In this document: positions 38,261 through 50,693 of the stretch, piece by piece
Position numbering within the stretch: the first letter of the stretch is position 1
Layout: each line of letters begins with the position of its first letter
Assembly (NCBI RefSeq): GCF_039654945.1
Contig: NW_027361838.1
Span: forward strand, 7,688,001-7,752,000
DNA: 64,000 bases
Reading direction: 5' to 3'
Origin: Dendrobates tinctorius
Taxonomy: Eukaryota
Notes under the pieces: generated by a model
The model's input: only the letters and a program-made list of their open reading frames with translations
Database searches by the model: none
Told to the model about the DNA's origin: nothing
Made by a program: the position numbers and the translations under genes

Positions 38261-40815
38261 TGATAGGGAGAGGGTTAAATTAACCCTTCACGGTTGAGCA
38301 AGTGATTTCCAAATTAATCCACAGGGCGTTGCTAGCAACTGGGAATGACCACACAGACGGGGGGGTCTCTGTACGGGAGGAACAAGACAGATCACTAGTC
38401 CCCTTTATTTTAGTCACTTTTATTATATTTTGCTTAATTATGCAAAGTTCTCAACTACCAATAGCATCATTTCACTTTATAAGCCAATATTGCAAGAAAA
38501 CCGGAAACTGCATATACGTCCATATCCAAATAGCATAAAAAGTAGTATAATGGCATATTCTTGAGTTCTACACCCCCGATTCCCTTATCTTGCACCTGAT
38601 GGGAACAGTCTGGCTTCATGACAGCCTGAACTTTTTCATCCTAATTTCAAAAATGTATCTTACAGCAACAAAAATTGAGAAACGAAACCTTCAGAGAATG
38701 GAGAAAAAGAAACTTCAGCTCTGATTTTAGTTTTAACCCTTCACAATCCCCCCTAGATAATTTTTTTTTTAAACATATGCAGCATCAGGTGCTATCCCAA
38801 GCTAACAGCTTGAGGGCTACTGGTCTTCACATGACAGGCCGTGTTACCAGTCATGGCTGTTGTGGCGCACCCGTCCCCCCTGTATACTGCAATTCACAAA
38901 TAACAATTTTTGATGACGGTGGTGGAGATCTTTTGAAGGTAGCCTTTTGAGATCGGTGCAGAGAAGAGCAGGGGCAGTGACACCTTTGGTATCATCAGAT
39001 GTCTTAGTGCAGAATTTCCTAATATATACAGAAATACACCAAAGAACAAGTTTTAGTATCACATATGCAACAAGGATACAGGCAGCAATATGCAACAAGC
39101 TTTGTAAGATCCCAGCTATCCAACCCCCCCAATTCCCTTAAATCAATTGGCTGGATTAAGAAAGGAGAAGGTGTCTGACCCCCAACTGCCCTTATTACGA
39201 TCATTGTCTTTATCGTATTGATGAGTCTTTGAATATCTTCTAACTTTAACTTTTAACGTCTACCAATAATATGGAAAATGCGAAAAACCAAAACATTATG
39301 CCCCTTTATTTGTTATTGGCTTGTTGGTTGATGAGGAGGACTTGATAGGGACCGTCATACAAGGGTTCTAGTCCATGCTTCCTGAAATGCCTTTTCACGA
39401 CTACCAAATCACTAGGCTTCAGGTTATGACAGGTGTCTGTTTCTGCTGAATCTGGAAGAGAAAAAGAAACTAGAGCATGGGTGTTAGCAAGATTTTTACT
39501 AAGCTGAATAACACATTGAACAGCACGGTCAGTTTCTTCTGATAACTGCTGAGGCTGGAAATTTGCAACTGGGGGCCTAGTACCAAACAATATCTCATAT
39601 GGGGACAAGTCATGTTTTGCAATAGGGGGTAGTACGAATGTGGTATAGTACAATGGGTAGGAGCTCTGGCAATGGAGCTGAAGTCTGCATCATTTTGGTC
39701 AATTGTCCCTTCAGTGTGCCGTTCAGCCTCTTAACTTTCCCACTGGATTGTGGGTGGTACGGAGTATGGAGGGCTACAGTGGATCCAAGCATTGTCAGAA
39801 CTTCTTGGTACACATGAGAAGAAAAGGCCGGACCTCAAAGCTGCCACAAAAAGATGTGTTTTGGCTTTATGATACAGTGAGAATCCCAGATCTCTAAATA
39901 CTACCATAAGACGCCCATAGAACTTCTCGGCGGTCTCCCCCTTTGCCTGTGTGACATCTGTGAAAGAGGTAGCTTGGTCCGCTAATCTATCTTGTGCCCA
40001 AACCTTTAAAGCATTGCAGAAATCAACACCACTCTCATAGGTTTCCCCATCCAGATTCATATATATTATGCCACCCTCAATAATTGGAAAATACCCCTCC
40101 CCAACTTTTGCTCGAAGTATGTGTAATAGATCTCTTCGGGGAGTGGAATAAATATCGATTTGCTGCCATTTGCCTGTAGAAAGTCATGGGGGAAGTCTCT
40201 GGATTGGGTAATTGATTGCAAAGGGTGTCTATTTGGGATGGGGTGAAGGGAGTATACTCATAACCACTAACAATATTAGGCATAGCGGGGACTGAGGCTG
40301 GCAGTGGATGATAATAGGTACTGTCAGAGTTTAACAAAGGAAAGGGGGTGGAGGCTGCTACTCCTGGTCTCCTGGTACAATTGTCATCTAGCAGGGAGAC
40401 CTCTTTCAAATCATTCTTAACTATTTGCCTGAAACATCAGTCTCGATATCAGTTTCTTTAATCACATTCTCACACCACAGTCACTTTCTTGAACCACAAA
40501 ACATCCAGCCCTTGCCATAATAATAGACAATTTTTCCTTCTTCAACATAGCAGTAACAGAATCAGAATTCACTTTCTCTGTTCTTCCTAACACCTTCGTC
40601 ACACAATTCATATGCCAAACCCACAAAATTCTTCTTTTCCTTCCACGGATTCTCTCATTTAGAGTTAAATATCCTTGCTTCAGTTGTGCACAGTACTGTT
40701 GGCTGTTTCAGTCTCTGTTCCACTGGGTCAATAATCCCCCTCTGGGATACCCAAAATTCAACGCGGTACTCAGTGAAAGGAGGAGGGCGTCTCAGACTAT
40801 CCCTCCGGACACCTC

Positions 40816-40880
<65 letters not shown>

Positions 40881-41769
40881 GAGTTACGTATCCTGCCCAG
40901 TCTTCGATCACTTCACCACACCCGACACTAAGTGATCAGGATTTCAGGATATTTTGACTATAAAGAGAGCCACAATCACTGGTCAATCCGGGGTGTCTGT
41001 CCCTTATGAGGTACGGTTCGAGCACTGGGCCCCCAACGGGACTGCACCTCTATATGATTCCACCCATGAATCACCCCACCATCAAAGACAAACCTCAGAT
41101 CCTCTTTGCAGCAACAGACACAGGAAAACCACACCAACGGTCAGTCTGAACAGTATACAGTAACTGCCAACTTACTGTGGTTGTCGTGGGGGATGATCAG
41201 TCCCAATTTTCGAGCACCTGTGTCTGCTCTGAGGGTCCTTTGTCTTGTCCTCCGGGGGCCCCACGTTGGGTGGCAGCTGATAGAGAGAGGGTTAAATTAA
41301 CCCTTCACGGTTGATCCAGTGATTTACAAAAATAATCCACAGGGCGTTGCTAGCAACTGGGAATGACCACACGGAGACGGGGGTCTCTGTACGGGAGGAT
41401 CAAGACAGATCACTAGTCCCCTTTATTTTAGTCACTTTTATAATATTTTGCTTAATTATGCAAAGTTCTCAACTACCAATAGCATCATTTCACTTTATGA
41501 GCCAATAATATTGCAAGAAAACCGGAAACTACATATATGTCCGTATCCAAATAGCATAGAAAGTAGTATAATGGCATATTCTTCAGAGTTCTACACCCCC
41601 GGTTCCCTTATCTTGCACCTGATGGGAACAGTCTGGTTTCATGACAGCCTGAACTTTTTCATCCTAATTACAAAAATTTATCTTACAGCAACAAAAATTG
41701 AGAAACGAAACCTTCAGAGAATGGAGAAAATGAAACTTCAGCTCTGATTTTTAGTTTTAACCCTTCACA
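38261..41769 (-). mobile_element. Internally deleted endogenous retrovirus with two LTRs (38261-38745 and 41278-41769)
   Basis: Direct-repeat LTRs TG...CA on -, 4-bp TSD CTCC, PBS, and PPT next to 38746. Gag remnants, integrase YHPQSSGKV and GPY motifs, and an env TM-like remnant. Confidence 0.92.
41258..41275 (-). promoter_or_regulatory. ERV primer-binding site, tRNA-Lys(CUU) type
   Basis: TGCCACCCAACGTGGGGC against the canonical TGGCGCCCAACGTGGGGC (16/18), 2 nt from the 5' LTR. Confidence 0.85.
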
Positions 41770-44322
41770 CTCCTAAATGTTCGACCTGTTGCACCTGGTC
41801 CAGAAGTGGCTGCAACCAGAGTCCTCTATGCCTGCGCGGATGGTAGAATGAGTGGTGATGGACCAGTTTGTGCACTCCCTGCTGAGGCCCATACAGACTT
41901 GGGTTGCTCAGGGTGATCCCCAGAATGCCAATTGACTGGTTGAGAGATACCAGGTGGTGACTGAAGGCAGCCCACTCCATACTGTGGGTCTCAACAAGGG
42001 TCGGAGTCCCAAAAGGATGTTGGGTGTCCAAAGGGGCTGGGGAGGTGTTGTATGATGTTATGGGTGATGTTCGTTGTCCCATGACAACTGAGCCAATGGA
42101 CTGGACTGCTCTCATTTTGCCTATCCGGCCTGCAGTGCTGTTCCCCAAATGGGTGAGGGGCCGCAGGCATGCCCCATGACAGTAAACTGGGGGTACAAGT
42201 GACTGGTTTGCTGGACTCATGGAATTGTGGCCCTCACTAGGGTTACCAAACTTGCTCGTCGAGAGGTAATCTCGAAGAAAACAAAGCAGATGCTGAGCCT
42301 GGGAGTTATTGAGTCCAACAGTGGCTGGTCCAGTCCAATAGTCTTGGTGCCGAAGCCAGATGGGAAATGGTGGTTTTGCAACGACTATAGGAAGCTGAAT
42401 GAAGTCTCCAAGTGCAATGCTTACCCAATGTCCCGGGTCGATGAACTAATAGAGAGGCTAGGGCTGGCTTGGTACATTACTACCCTTGACCTCACAAAAG
42501 GATATTGGCAAATTCCTATGTCCCAAGATACCAAGGAGAAGACTTCCTTTTCAATGTCAGATGGGTGCTTCCATTACACAAGGATGCCATTTGGGTTACA
42601 AGGCGCTCCAGCTACATTCCAGAGAGCCATGGACCGGATCCTGCCCCCCCCCCCCCCAAAAGGTACGCGTCGGCCTACCTGGATGACATTCTAATCTTCA
42701 GCCAGGATTGGAGGAGCCATCTGAGCAAAGTCCAGGCCGTACTTGATGCTCTACGGAAGGCAGGGTTTTCTATAAACCCAAAAAAGTGTACCTTAGGAAT
42801 GGAGGAGGCAAGATATTTGGGCTATTTTGTAGGCTGGGGCGAAATACAGCCTCAGATAAACAAAGTTAAGGCAATCCAGGGCTGGCCACAACCCCTCAAA
42901 AAAAAAAACAGGTGAGGGCGTTCCTGGGCATTGTGGGCTACTGCCGCCGGTTAATTCAAAACTTCGCCATGGTAGCTGCCTCTCTAATAGACCTCCTTAA
43001 AGAGACAAAGTCGGCTATGGCTAATTGGTCTCCAGAAGCTGAGACCGCCTTCCAGAAACTGAAGCTAGCCCTATGCAAATAGCCGGTGCTGGTAGCACCC
43101 GATTTCTCCAAGGAGTTTGTGGTCCAGACGGACGTGTCAGATGTCGGGCTGAAAGATTTCATGTCCAAGAGGTGAACGGGGAAGAGCACCCCATAATGTA
43201 TCTCAGCAAAAAGTTGTCATCCTGCGGAAAAAACTACTCCATAGTGGAGAAGTGTTTAGCCATCAAATGGGCATTGGACTCTCAAAGGTACTACCTCTTA
43301 GAGTGTCAGACCATGCCCCACTGAAGTGGATGAGGGAGAAAAAGGGAACAATGCCCGATTGACCAGGTGGTTCCTAGCACTTCAGGATTTCAAGTTCCAG
43401 GTAGAGCATAGGTCAGGGAAACTGCATGGCAATGCTGATTCTCTGTCGAGGAACCACTTGTTTGTTGACAGAAGGTGCCAAGCCCCCCTCGCTTTGAGCA
43501 AAGGGGGAGGGTATGTAAGATGGCCACCGGACAAGTCCTTGAGGGGAGATATGTGTCATCGTGGCTATTAGCTACAGTGATATGAGCTCGGAAGTACAGC
43601 ATGCTCCAGCACATATAGTGCTGAGAGAATTGTTTGGGCCTCTCCAGGGCTGGGTTTTATGAGCGGTCATAAGAGATGGATGGGAATGACCGCTAACATA
43701 TCCTCACCCCAGTGGCATGGTTTGGTGAATAAAATGGAGGCCAATTGCCTCATGCGGTGTCTGTGGCTGGAGGTGTGGAGACCTCCATTGTGTGTGCTAA
43801 AGACGCTGACCTGTGTGGGCGGACCCGCTGTACTGTATGGACTGTATTTTTCTGTTTGTTGCTTTGTGGCAGAAAGGAAATGGCTGTTGATTTGTTTTTC
43901 TAACTAGAGCAGTTTATGCTGTTGGAATAAACTTGCTTGGACATTCCAGTGATACCACTTCCTGTGCCTACCTCAACTGCAGCACATAAATTAAGACAAG
44001 AATTGTCAGAAGAAATGTGTGATTAGGGCTGTTACTGCTGTTTCATGTCTACTGTTAACTAGGTTATTGTAGCATTTCTATGATGTTAAAGGGGAATTTC
44101 CATGTCCAAGATCCTATCCCAATTTGTAGTAGGTGTAATAATAATATTAGAAAAGATCTCTAATTAGAAATGTAATATACATTTGTAGTAGGTATAATAA
44201 TAATATTAGAAAAGATCTCTAATTAGAAATGTAATATACTTTTTGTGATTCCCTAAGTCTCTTTCCTCATGTGCAGGCATTGCAGGATCTTAGGTATCCA
44301 TAGTTTTACAACCACTAATATA

Positions 44323-45887
44323 CAGTGGGTATGGAAAGAATTCAGGCCCCTTTAAATTTTTCACTCTTTCATTGCAGTCATTTGGTAAATTCAGAAAAGT
44401 TCATTTTTTTTCTCATTAATGTACACTCTGCACCCCATCTTGACTGAAAAAAAACAAATATAGAAATTTTTGCAAATTTATTAAAGAAAAACTGAAATCA
44501 CACTGTCATAAGTAATCAGACCTTTTGCTCAGTATTGAGTAGAAGCACCCTTTTGAGCTAGTACAGCCATGAGTCTTCTTGGGAATGATGCAAAAAGTTT
44601 TTCACACCTGGATTTGGGGATCCTCTACCATTCTTTCTTGCAGATCGTCTCCAGCTCCGTCAGGTTGGATGGTGAGCATTGGTGGACAGCCATTTTCACG
44701 TCTCTAGAGATACTCAATTGGGTTTAGGTCAGGGCTCTGGTGGGGCCAGTCAAGAATGGTCACAGAGTTGTTCTGAAGCCACTCCTTTGTTATTTTAGCT
44801 GTGTGCTTAGGGTCATTGTCTTATTTTGAAGGTGAACCTTCTGCCAAGTCTGAGGTCCAGAGCACTCTGGAAGAGGTTTTTATCCAGGATATCTCTGTAC
44901 TTGGCCGCATTCATGTTTCCTTCAATTGCATAGCATGATGATGCCACCACCATGTTTCACTGTGGGATTATATTGGGCAGGTGATGAGCAGAGCCTGGTT
45001 TTCTCCACACATACCGCTTGGAATTATCACCAAAAAGTTCTATCTTCGTCTCATCAGACCAGAGAATCTTATGTCTCATAGTCTGGGAGTCCTTAATGTG
45101 GGGTTGTTTTTTTTTTAGCAAACTCTATGCGGGCTTTCATATGTCTTGCACTGAGGAAAGGCTTCCGTTGGGCCACTCTGCCATAAAGGCCCAACTGGTG
45201 GAGGGCTGCTGTGATAGTTGACTTTGTGGAACTTTCTCCCATCTCCCTACTGCAACTGTGGAGCTCAACCACATTGATCTTGGGGTTCTTCTTTACCTCT
45301 CTCACCAAGGCTCTTCTCCCACGATTGCTCAGTTTAGCTGGATGGCCAGATCTAGGAAGACTTCTGGTGGTCCCAAACTTCTTCCATTATGGAGGCCACA
45401 GTGCTTTTAGTAACCTTGAGTACTGCAGAAATTCTTTTGTAACCTTGGCCAGTTGGGTGCCTTGCCACAATTCTGTCTCTGAGCTCCTTGGTCAGTTCCT
45501 TTGACCTCATGATTCTCATTTGGTCTGACATATAAAATGTGAGCTCTTATATAGACAGGTGTGTGCCTTTACAAATCAAGTCCTATCAGTTTAACTAAAC
45601 ACATCTGGACTCGAAGGAGTAGAACCATCTCAATGAAATGGGCAACATGTGACTTAAATATGAGTGTCTGAGCAAATGGCCTGAATACTTATGACCATAT
45701 GATATTTTAGTTTTTCTTTTTTAACAAATTTGCAAAAATTTCTACAGTTCTGTTTTTTTCAGTCAAGATGGTGTGCAAAGTGTACATTTAATGAGAAAAA
45801 AATGAACTTTTTTGAATTTACCAAATGGCTGCAATGAAACAAGCAGCAAAAAATTTGAAGGCGTCTGAATTCTTTCTGTACCCACTG
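44323..45887 (-). mobile_element. Decayed Tc1-like transposon with ~200-bp TIRs
   Basis: TA|CAGTGGGTA...TACCCACTG|TA; transposase remnant at 45093-45308. Confidence 0.88.
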
Positions 45888-46040
45888 TAGTGATAACTAG
45901 TTGCTAGTGGACGTTATCGTGGATACCTAAGCTACTGCAACACCTGCACAAGAGGAAAGAGAAAAAGTGAATAAAAAAAACTATACTACACTTCTAATTG
46001 GAGATATTTTCTAATATTATTATTACACATACTACATAAT

Positions 46041-46722
46041 ATGTATAGACTATAGGAGAGAAAGAGCGCAATAGGGTCTTATCCGGGTAGATATTGGAAA
46101 GAATAAAAGAAATTTTCTCACCCTTTCCAGGAGAGATTAAGGCATATTAGATCTGTTGTCAGCTTGCTGCACGTCCAAAGGTCCACTCCGTGACCGCCAG
46201 TATAAATCCTTTATGGAACAAAATTCTTGGACTTATGTCCTCTGCTTGACAAAATATCACATCCAGGTTATGTAAAGAGATTAACCATTTATTTCCCGGT
46301 ATCNNNNNNNNNNNNNNNNNNNNNNNNNNNNNNNNNNNNNNNNNNNNNNNNNNNNNNNNNNNNNNNNNNNNNNNNNNNNNNNNNNNNNNNNNNNNNNNNN
46401 NNNNNNNNNNNNNNNNNNNNNNNNNNNNNNNNNNNNNNNNNNNNNNNNNNNNNNACATCGTCACTGATGATGTNNNNNNNNNNNNNNNNNNNNNNNNNNN
46501 NNNNNNNNNNNNNNNNNNNNNNNNNNNNNNNNNNNNNNNNNNNNNNNNNNNNNNNNNNNNNNNNNNNNNNNNNNNNNNNNNNNNNNNNNNNNNNNNNNNN
46601 NNNNNNNNNNNNNNNNNNNNNNNNNATACCGGGAAATAAATGGTTAATCTCTTTACATAACCTGGATGTGATATTTTGTCAAGCAGCGCACATAAGTCCA
46701 AGAATTTTATTCCATAAAGGAT
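46041..46722. mobile_element. Insertion with a 14-bp TSD and a long terminal palindrome; Penelope-like (inferred)
   Basis: acatactacataat at 46027-46040 and 46723-46736. Inverted arms span 46206-46722, centred on 46464. Partly N. Confidence 0.6.
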
Positions 46723-47083
46723 ACATACTACATAATGGGATAGGATCTTGGAGATGGGAATATCCCTTTAAGTGAAGACATGTCATTAGAATATGTCATA
46801 ATTTATTGGCCATGAGAATCCAACCACCAGAACCCCTACTAACCCTTAAAATTAAGGATCCTGCTGCTCCTTCAAAGGTAGAGCACAGGGGTCTCACAGA
46901 TCAAACCACCCCCATCCTAGTGATGTGACCTAAAAAGGCAAGATGGGAATGACCCATTGAATTAGCATTCAGCGGCGCCATAATTAATCTTACATCACAT
47001 TGTACTCCTTATGAGCTATACTGGCTGAAAGTATGAGCGCAATATTAAATAAAATAAATCAAAATGAAGACAAATGTTCTAGA

Positions 47084-47089
47084 TTTATT
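47084..47089 (-). terminator. Candidate ENOSF1 polyadenylation signal AATAAA
   Basis: tttatt on +, about 108 nt downstream of the ENOSF1 stop. A second candidate lies at 46802-46807. Confidence 0.5.
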
Positions 47090-47196
47090 GCTAGGCTGCA
47101 TGTGTTACATTTGTTCGGGACTGATTACTTTTGGCTGCATTTCTCAGTTGAATATTTAGGATATCCAAAACTTCTCTTTCACTTTGACTATATCTT

Positions 47197-47304
47197 CTAA
47201 ATTTCAACCTTTTTCTCATGAATGAGCTGCTGCCAGATACTTCCACCTGGAAACTCATACAGTGTCACAGACTCTTCCTTCATTTCTGTGGAATATCCTG
47301 GATC
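47197..47304 (-). CDS. ENOSF1: ENOSF1 last coding exon
   Basis: DPGYSTEMKEESVTLYEFPGGSIWQQLIHEKKVEI*; tttcag acceptor. Confidence 0.95.
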   Translation of the reverse strand, partial: DPGYSTEMKEESVTLYEFPGGSIWQQLIHEKKVEI

Positions 47305-47767
47305 CTGAAAGAGGTGAGAATAATTGTCTGTCAGGATTTTTATCTGCATGTGTGGGAGGATGTTGTCCAGTCTTTTAGCTTGGCTTACATTCCTACAGGA
47401 AAGGATTTGGTTTGCTTCCCTAGCCCTGTATCTAAATTGCCTTTACGCACATTGAGTGGCTGGTTGGTGCTCCAATGGCAGCAGTGGCCCAGGGACAATA
47501 AAACTAAAGCATCGGCATATTGCAGCCAATATTTCCTGTTTCCTTGGTACTGATAAGGAATGGTAAATATTCCTAAACTCGTGGAAGGATGAGGTAAGGC
47601 TTCAGTAGCCATCTCACACAGATTCACTTTTGCATATTTATTTAGAAAATGTTTTTAGCTCTAATGTGCAAGAACTAATAAAATACTTTCTCAGACCTTT
47701 GAATGGCTGTGTTGTAGTCACTGAGTAACAACACAGTCTATGATGTGGCGGAAAGGTTTTACATTAC

Positions 47768-47849
47768 CTCTGGAGGCACATAAGCTGCATTGCAGATAGC
47801 CACAGGGTGTTTAAAGTGTTCATGTAGATGATCCACGTATTCGCACATC
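47768..47849 (-). CDS. ENOSF1: ENOSF1 penultimate exon
   Basis: 82 bp, (R)MCEYVDHLHEHFKHPVAICNAAYVPPE, AG/GT. Confidence 0.96.
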
Positions 47850-48669
47850 CTACAAGACAGAGAAATGGGGGTCTTAAGTTGTTGCCGCTGAGAAGTGAAA
47901 TCATTTAAATCAGGGTCTGGGACCTTTTTTCTTTCAAAGGCTTTTTGGACAATATACAATCTTTTTGGGGCTCTGAATTTGAGACTTGCTCTGAATTGGG
48001 GCCGGCTGTTAGTCAGGGTCGGCAGTCCAGTTACAGCCGTCGCTCTGTATCCTCAGTGACTGAACCCATGCTAGCGCTGCCCCATTACTGAAAACTGACC
48101 ACTGTCAGGGAGAATAAAGTTAATTTTCTCCCCGCAGCGTTCAGCTAAGTGCAGGCTCCGGGCATGTTAGTAATGCTACTAACCTGCAGATTAACCCCAT
48201 ATCTACAGGTTAATAGTGTTTTTTTCTGGTAACAGGCTCCCTTTAAGAAACAGAAAAACCTATGTAATTGTACAGAACAGGATGCTGAGGTGTAGAGTTC
48301 ATAAGCTACCAATGGTCTGCTGACTTCATAACTGCAGAGGTTCCTCTGATATTATCAGAACAAAAACTGAGCACTTCATAGCATGGGTTTCCATGGTTCA
48401 GGAACTGCATACTAGACTTACATCACAAAGCACAATGCCAAATATGGGATGGATTGGTATAAAGCACACACCCACAGGATTCAGAAGCTGTGGAAATGTG
48501 TTCTATGGAGTGACTAACTCGTTTCTCTGGCATCTGATCAATCAATTTGGATTTAGTGAATGTCAGAAGAACATTACCTGCATCACTGCTCTGAGCTAAC
48601 TGTAAAGTTTGGTGGAGGAGGGACAATACTTTGGCCAGCCCTTGAAAAAAACGGCCCCAAAGTAACTTA

Positions 48670-50693
48670 CAGTTGCTTCTCACAAAATAATATCATCAAA
48701 AAAAGTTAATTTGTTTCGGTTCTTCAACACAAAAAGGGAAATTCATATATTATAAAGTCATTGCAAACAGAGTGATCTATTTCAAGTGTTTATTTCTGTT
48801 AATGTTGATGATTATGGCTTACAGTCAATGAAAAAGTCATTATCTCAGTTAATTAGAATATTCTATAACACCAGCTTGAAAAATTATTTTAAAATCTGAA
48901 ATGTTGGCCTACTGAAATGTATTTTCAGTAAATGCAGTCAATACTTGGTCGGGGCTCGTTTTGCATCAATTACTGCATCAATGCGGCGTGGCATGGAGGC
49001 GATCAGCCTGTGGTACTGCTGAGGTGTTATGGAAGCTCAGGTTGCTTTGATAGCAGCCTTCAGCTCATCTGCATTGTTGGGTCTGGTGTCTCTCATCTTC
49101 CTCTTGGCAATACCCCATAGATTATGGGGTTAAGGTCAGGAGAGTTTGCTGGCCAATCAAGCACAGTGATACTGTTGTTTTTAAACCAGGTAATGGTACT
49201 TTTGGCAGTGTGAGCAGGTGCCAAGTCCTGCTGGAGAATGAAATTTCCATCTCCAAAAGGCTTGTCGGCAGAGGGAAGCATGAAGTTCTTTAAAATTTCC
49301 TGGTAGACTGCTGCGCTGACTTTGGTCTTAATAAAACATAGTGGACCTGCACCAGCAGATGACATGGCTCCCCAAACCATCACTGACTGTGGAAATGTCA
49401 CACTAGACCTCAAGCAGCTTGGATTGTGTGCCTCTCCACTCTTCCTCCAGACTCAGGGACCTTGGTTTCCAAATGAAATGCAAAATTTACTTTCATCTGA
49501 AAACATCACTTTGGACCACTGAGCAACAGTCCTGTTCTTTTTCTCCTTGGCCCAGGTAAGACGCTTCTGGCGCTGTCAATTGATCATGAGTGGCTTGACA
49601 CAAGGAATGTGACACTTGTAGCCCATGTCCTGGAAACGTCTGTGTGTGGTGGCTCTCGAAGCAATGACTCCAGCAGCAGTCCACTCCTTGTGAATCCCCC
49701 TCAAATTTTTAAATGACCTTTTCTTAACAATCCTTTCAAGGCTGCGGTTATCCCAGTTGCTTGAGCACCTTTCTCTACCACACTTTTTCCTTCCACTCAA
49801 CTTTCCATTAATATGCTTCGATACAGCACTCTATGAACAGCCAGCTTCTTTAGCAATGACCTTTTGTAGCTTACCCTCCTTGCAGAGCGTGTCAATGAAT
49901 GCCTTATGGACATTTGTCAAGTCAGTAGTCTTCCCTATGATTGTGGAGCCTACTGAAACAGACTAAGGGACCTTTTTAAACGCTTAGGCCTGTTTCACAC
50001 ATCAGTTTTTTGAAATCCGTCAAAATCCGCCGTTGTGCAAAAAAAAAACATCCGCCATTTTGCTTGGCGGATCCGTTTCTTTTCCCATTGAGTTGCATTA
50101 CTGGCGGATCTTGACTGATGGCCATCCGTTCGATCCGTTTTTTTGCGGATCCGCCCAAATTTTGGCGTCCGTCGACATGCCTGAACGGACCATGTAACGT
50201 TTTTTCGGCGACCGGATCCACATTTGACATTGCGCATGCCCGGAGGATTTGCCTTTCTCGGAAATTTAACCCTAAACTCTGTTCTGGCGGCGAAAAAACT
50301 CTCTCTCTCCCCCCCCCCCCCTCCCCAGGCAGCGGTTCCTTTAAAATTCTTCCTTCGACGGATCCGTTTAAATAACGGTCCGGTGACAAACATTGTCATC
50401 AGTCCAAGAACGGATCCGTTGTCTGCCATTTTAGCGGATTTTAACTGAAGCAAAAAACTGATGTGTGAAACAGGCCTTAGGAAGGTGTTTTCTCTTAATT
50501 ACTCTAATTTACTGAGATAATGACTTTTGGGTTTTCATTGGCTGTAAGACATAATCGTCAATATAAACAGAAATAAACACTTGAAATAGATCACTGTTTG
50601 TCATGATTCTATATAATATATGTTTCACTTTTTGTATTGAAGAACTGAAATAAATTGACTTTGATGTTATTCTAATTTTGTGAGAAGCACCTG
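48670..50693 (-). mobile_element. Tc1-like transposon, decayed, nested in an older Tc1 (about 48245-51155)
   Basis: TA|CAGTTGCTTCTCACAAAAT ... TTTTGTGAGAAGCACCTG|TA. VMVWGAMS, QQDLAPAH and WPANSPDLNPI motifs. Confidence 0.88.
49987..50476. mobile_element. Harbinger/PIF-type MITE
   Basis: TTA TSD; TIR ggcctgtttcacacatcagtttttt matches perfectly at both ends. Confidence 0.88.

Larger units (their letters stand above)
38070..43990 (+). mobile_element. Decayed Gmr1-like Gypsy LTR retrotransposon with SCAN domain, interrupted by an ERV
   Basis: SCAN-like MFDLLHLVQKWLQPE...VVMDQFV at about 41775-41930, continuing 38080-38260. RT motifs SPIVLVPKPDG, LDLTKGYWQ, MPFGL and YLDD. RNase H ends HGNADSLSR, followed by a PPT (about 43500-43511) and an LTR starting TGT at 43514. 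Confidence 0.82.
44090..46767. mobile_element. TTAA-AGG (Kolobok/T2-type) MITE hosting a Tc1 and a Penelope-like insertion
   Basis: TTAA|AGGGGAATTTCCAT...GATCCTATCCCA against TGGGATAGGATC...ATCCCT|TTAA. Confidence 0.75.

Noticed and set aside
46159-46775. 180- and 182-aa ORFs on opposite strands
   Set aside because: They are artefacts of translating through N runs in a palindrome.
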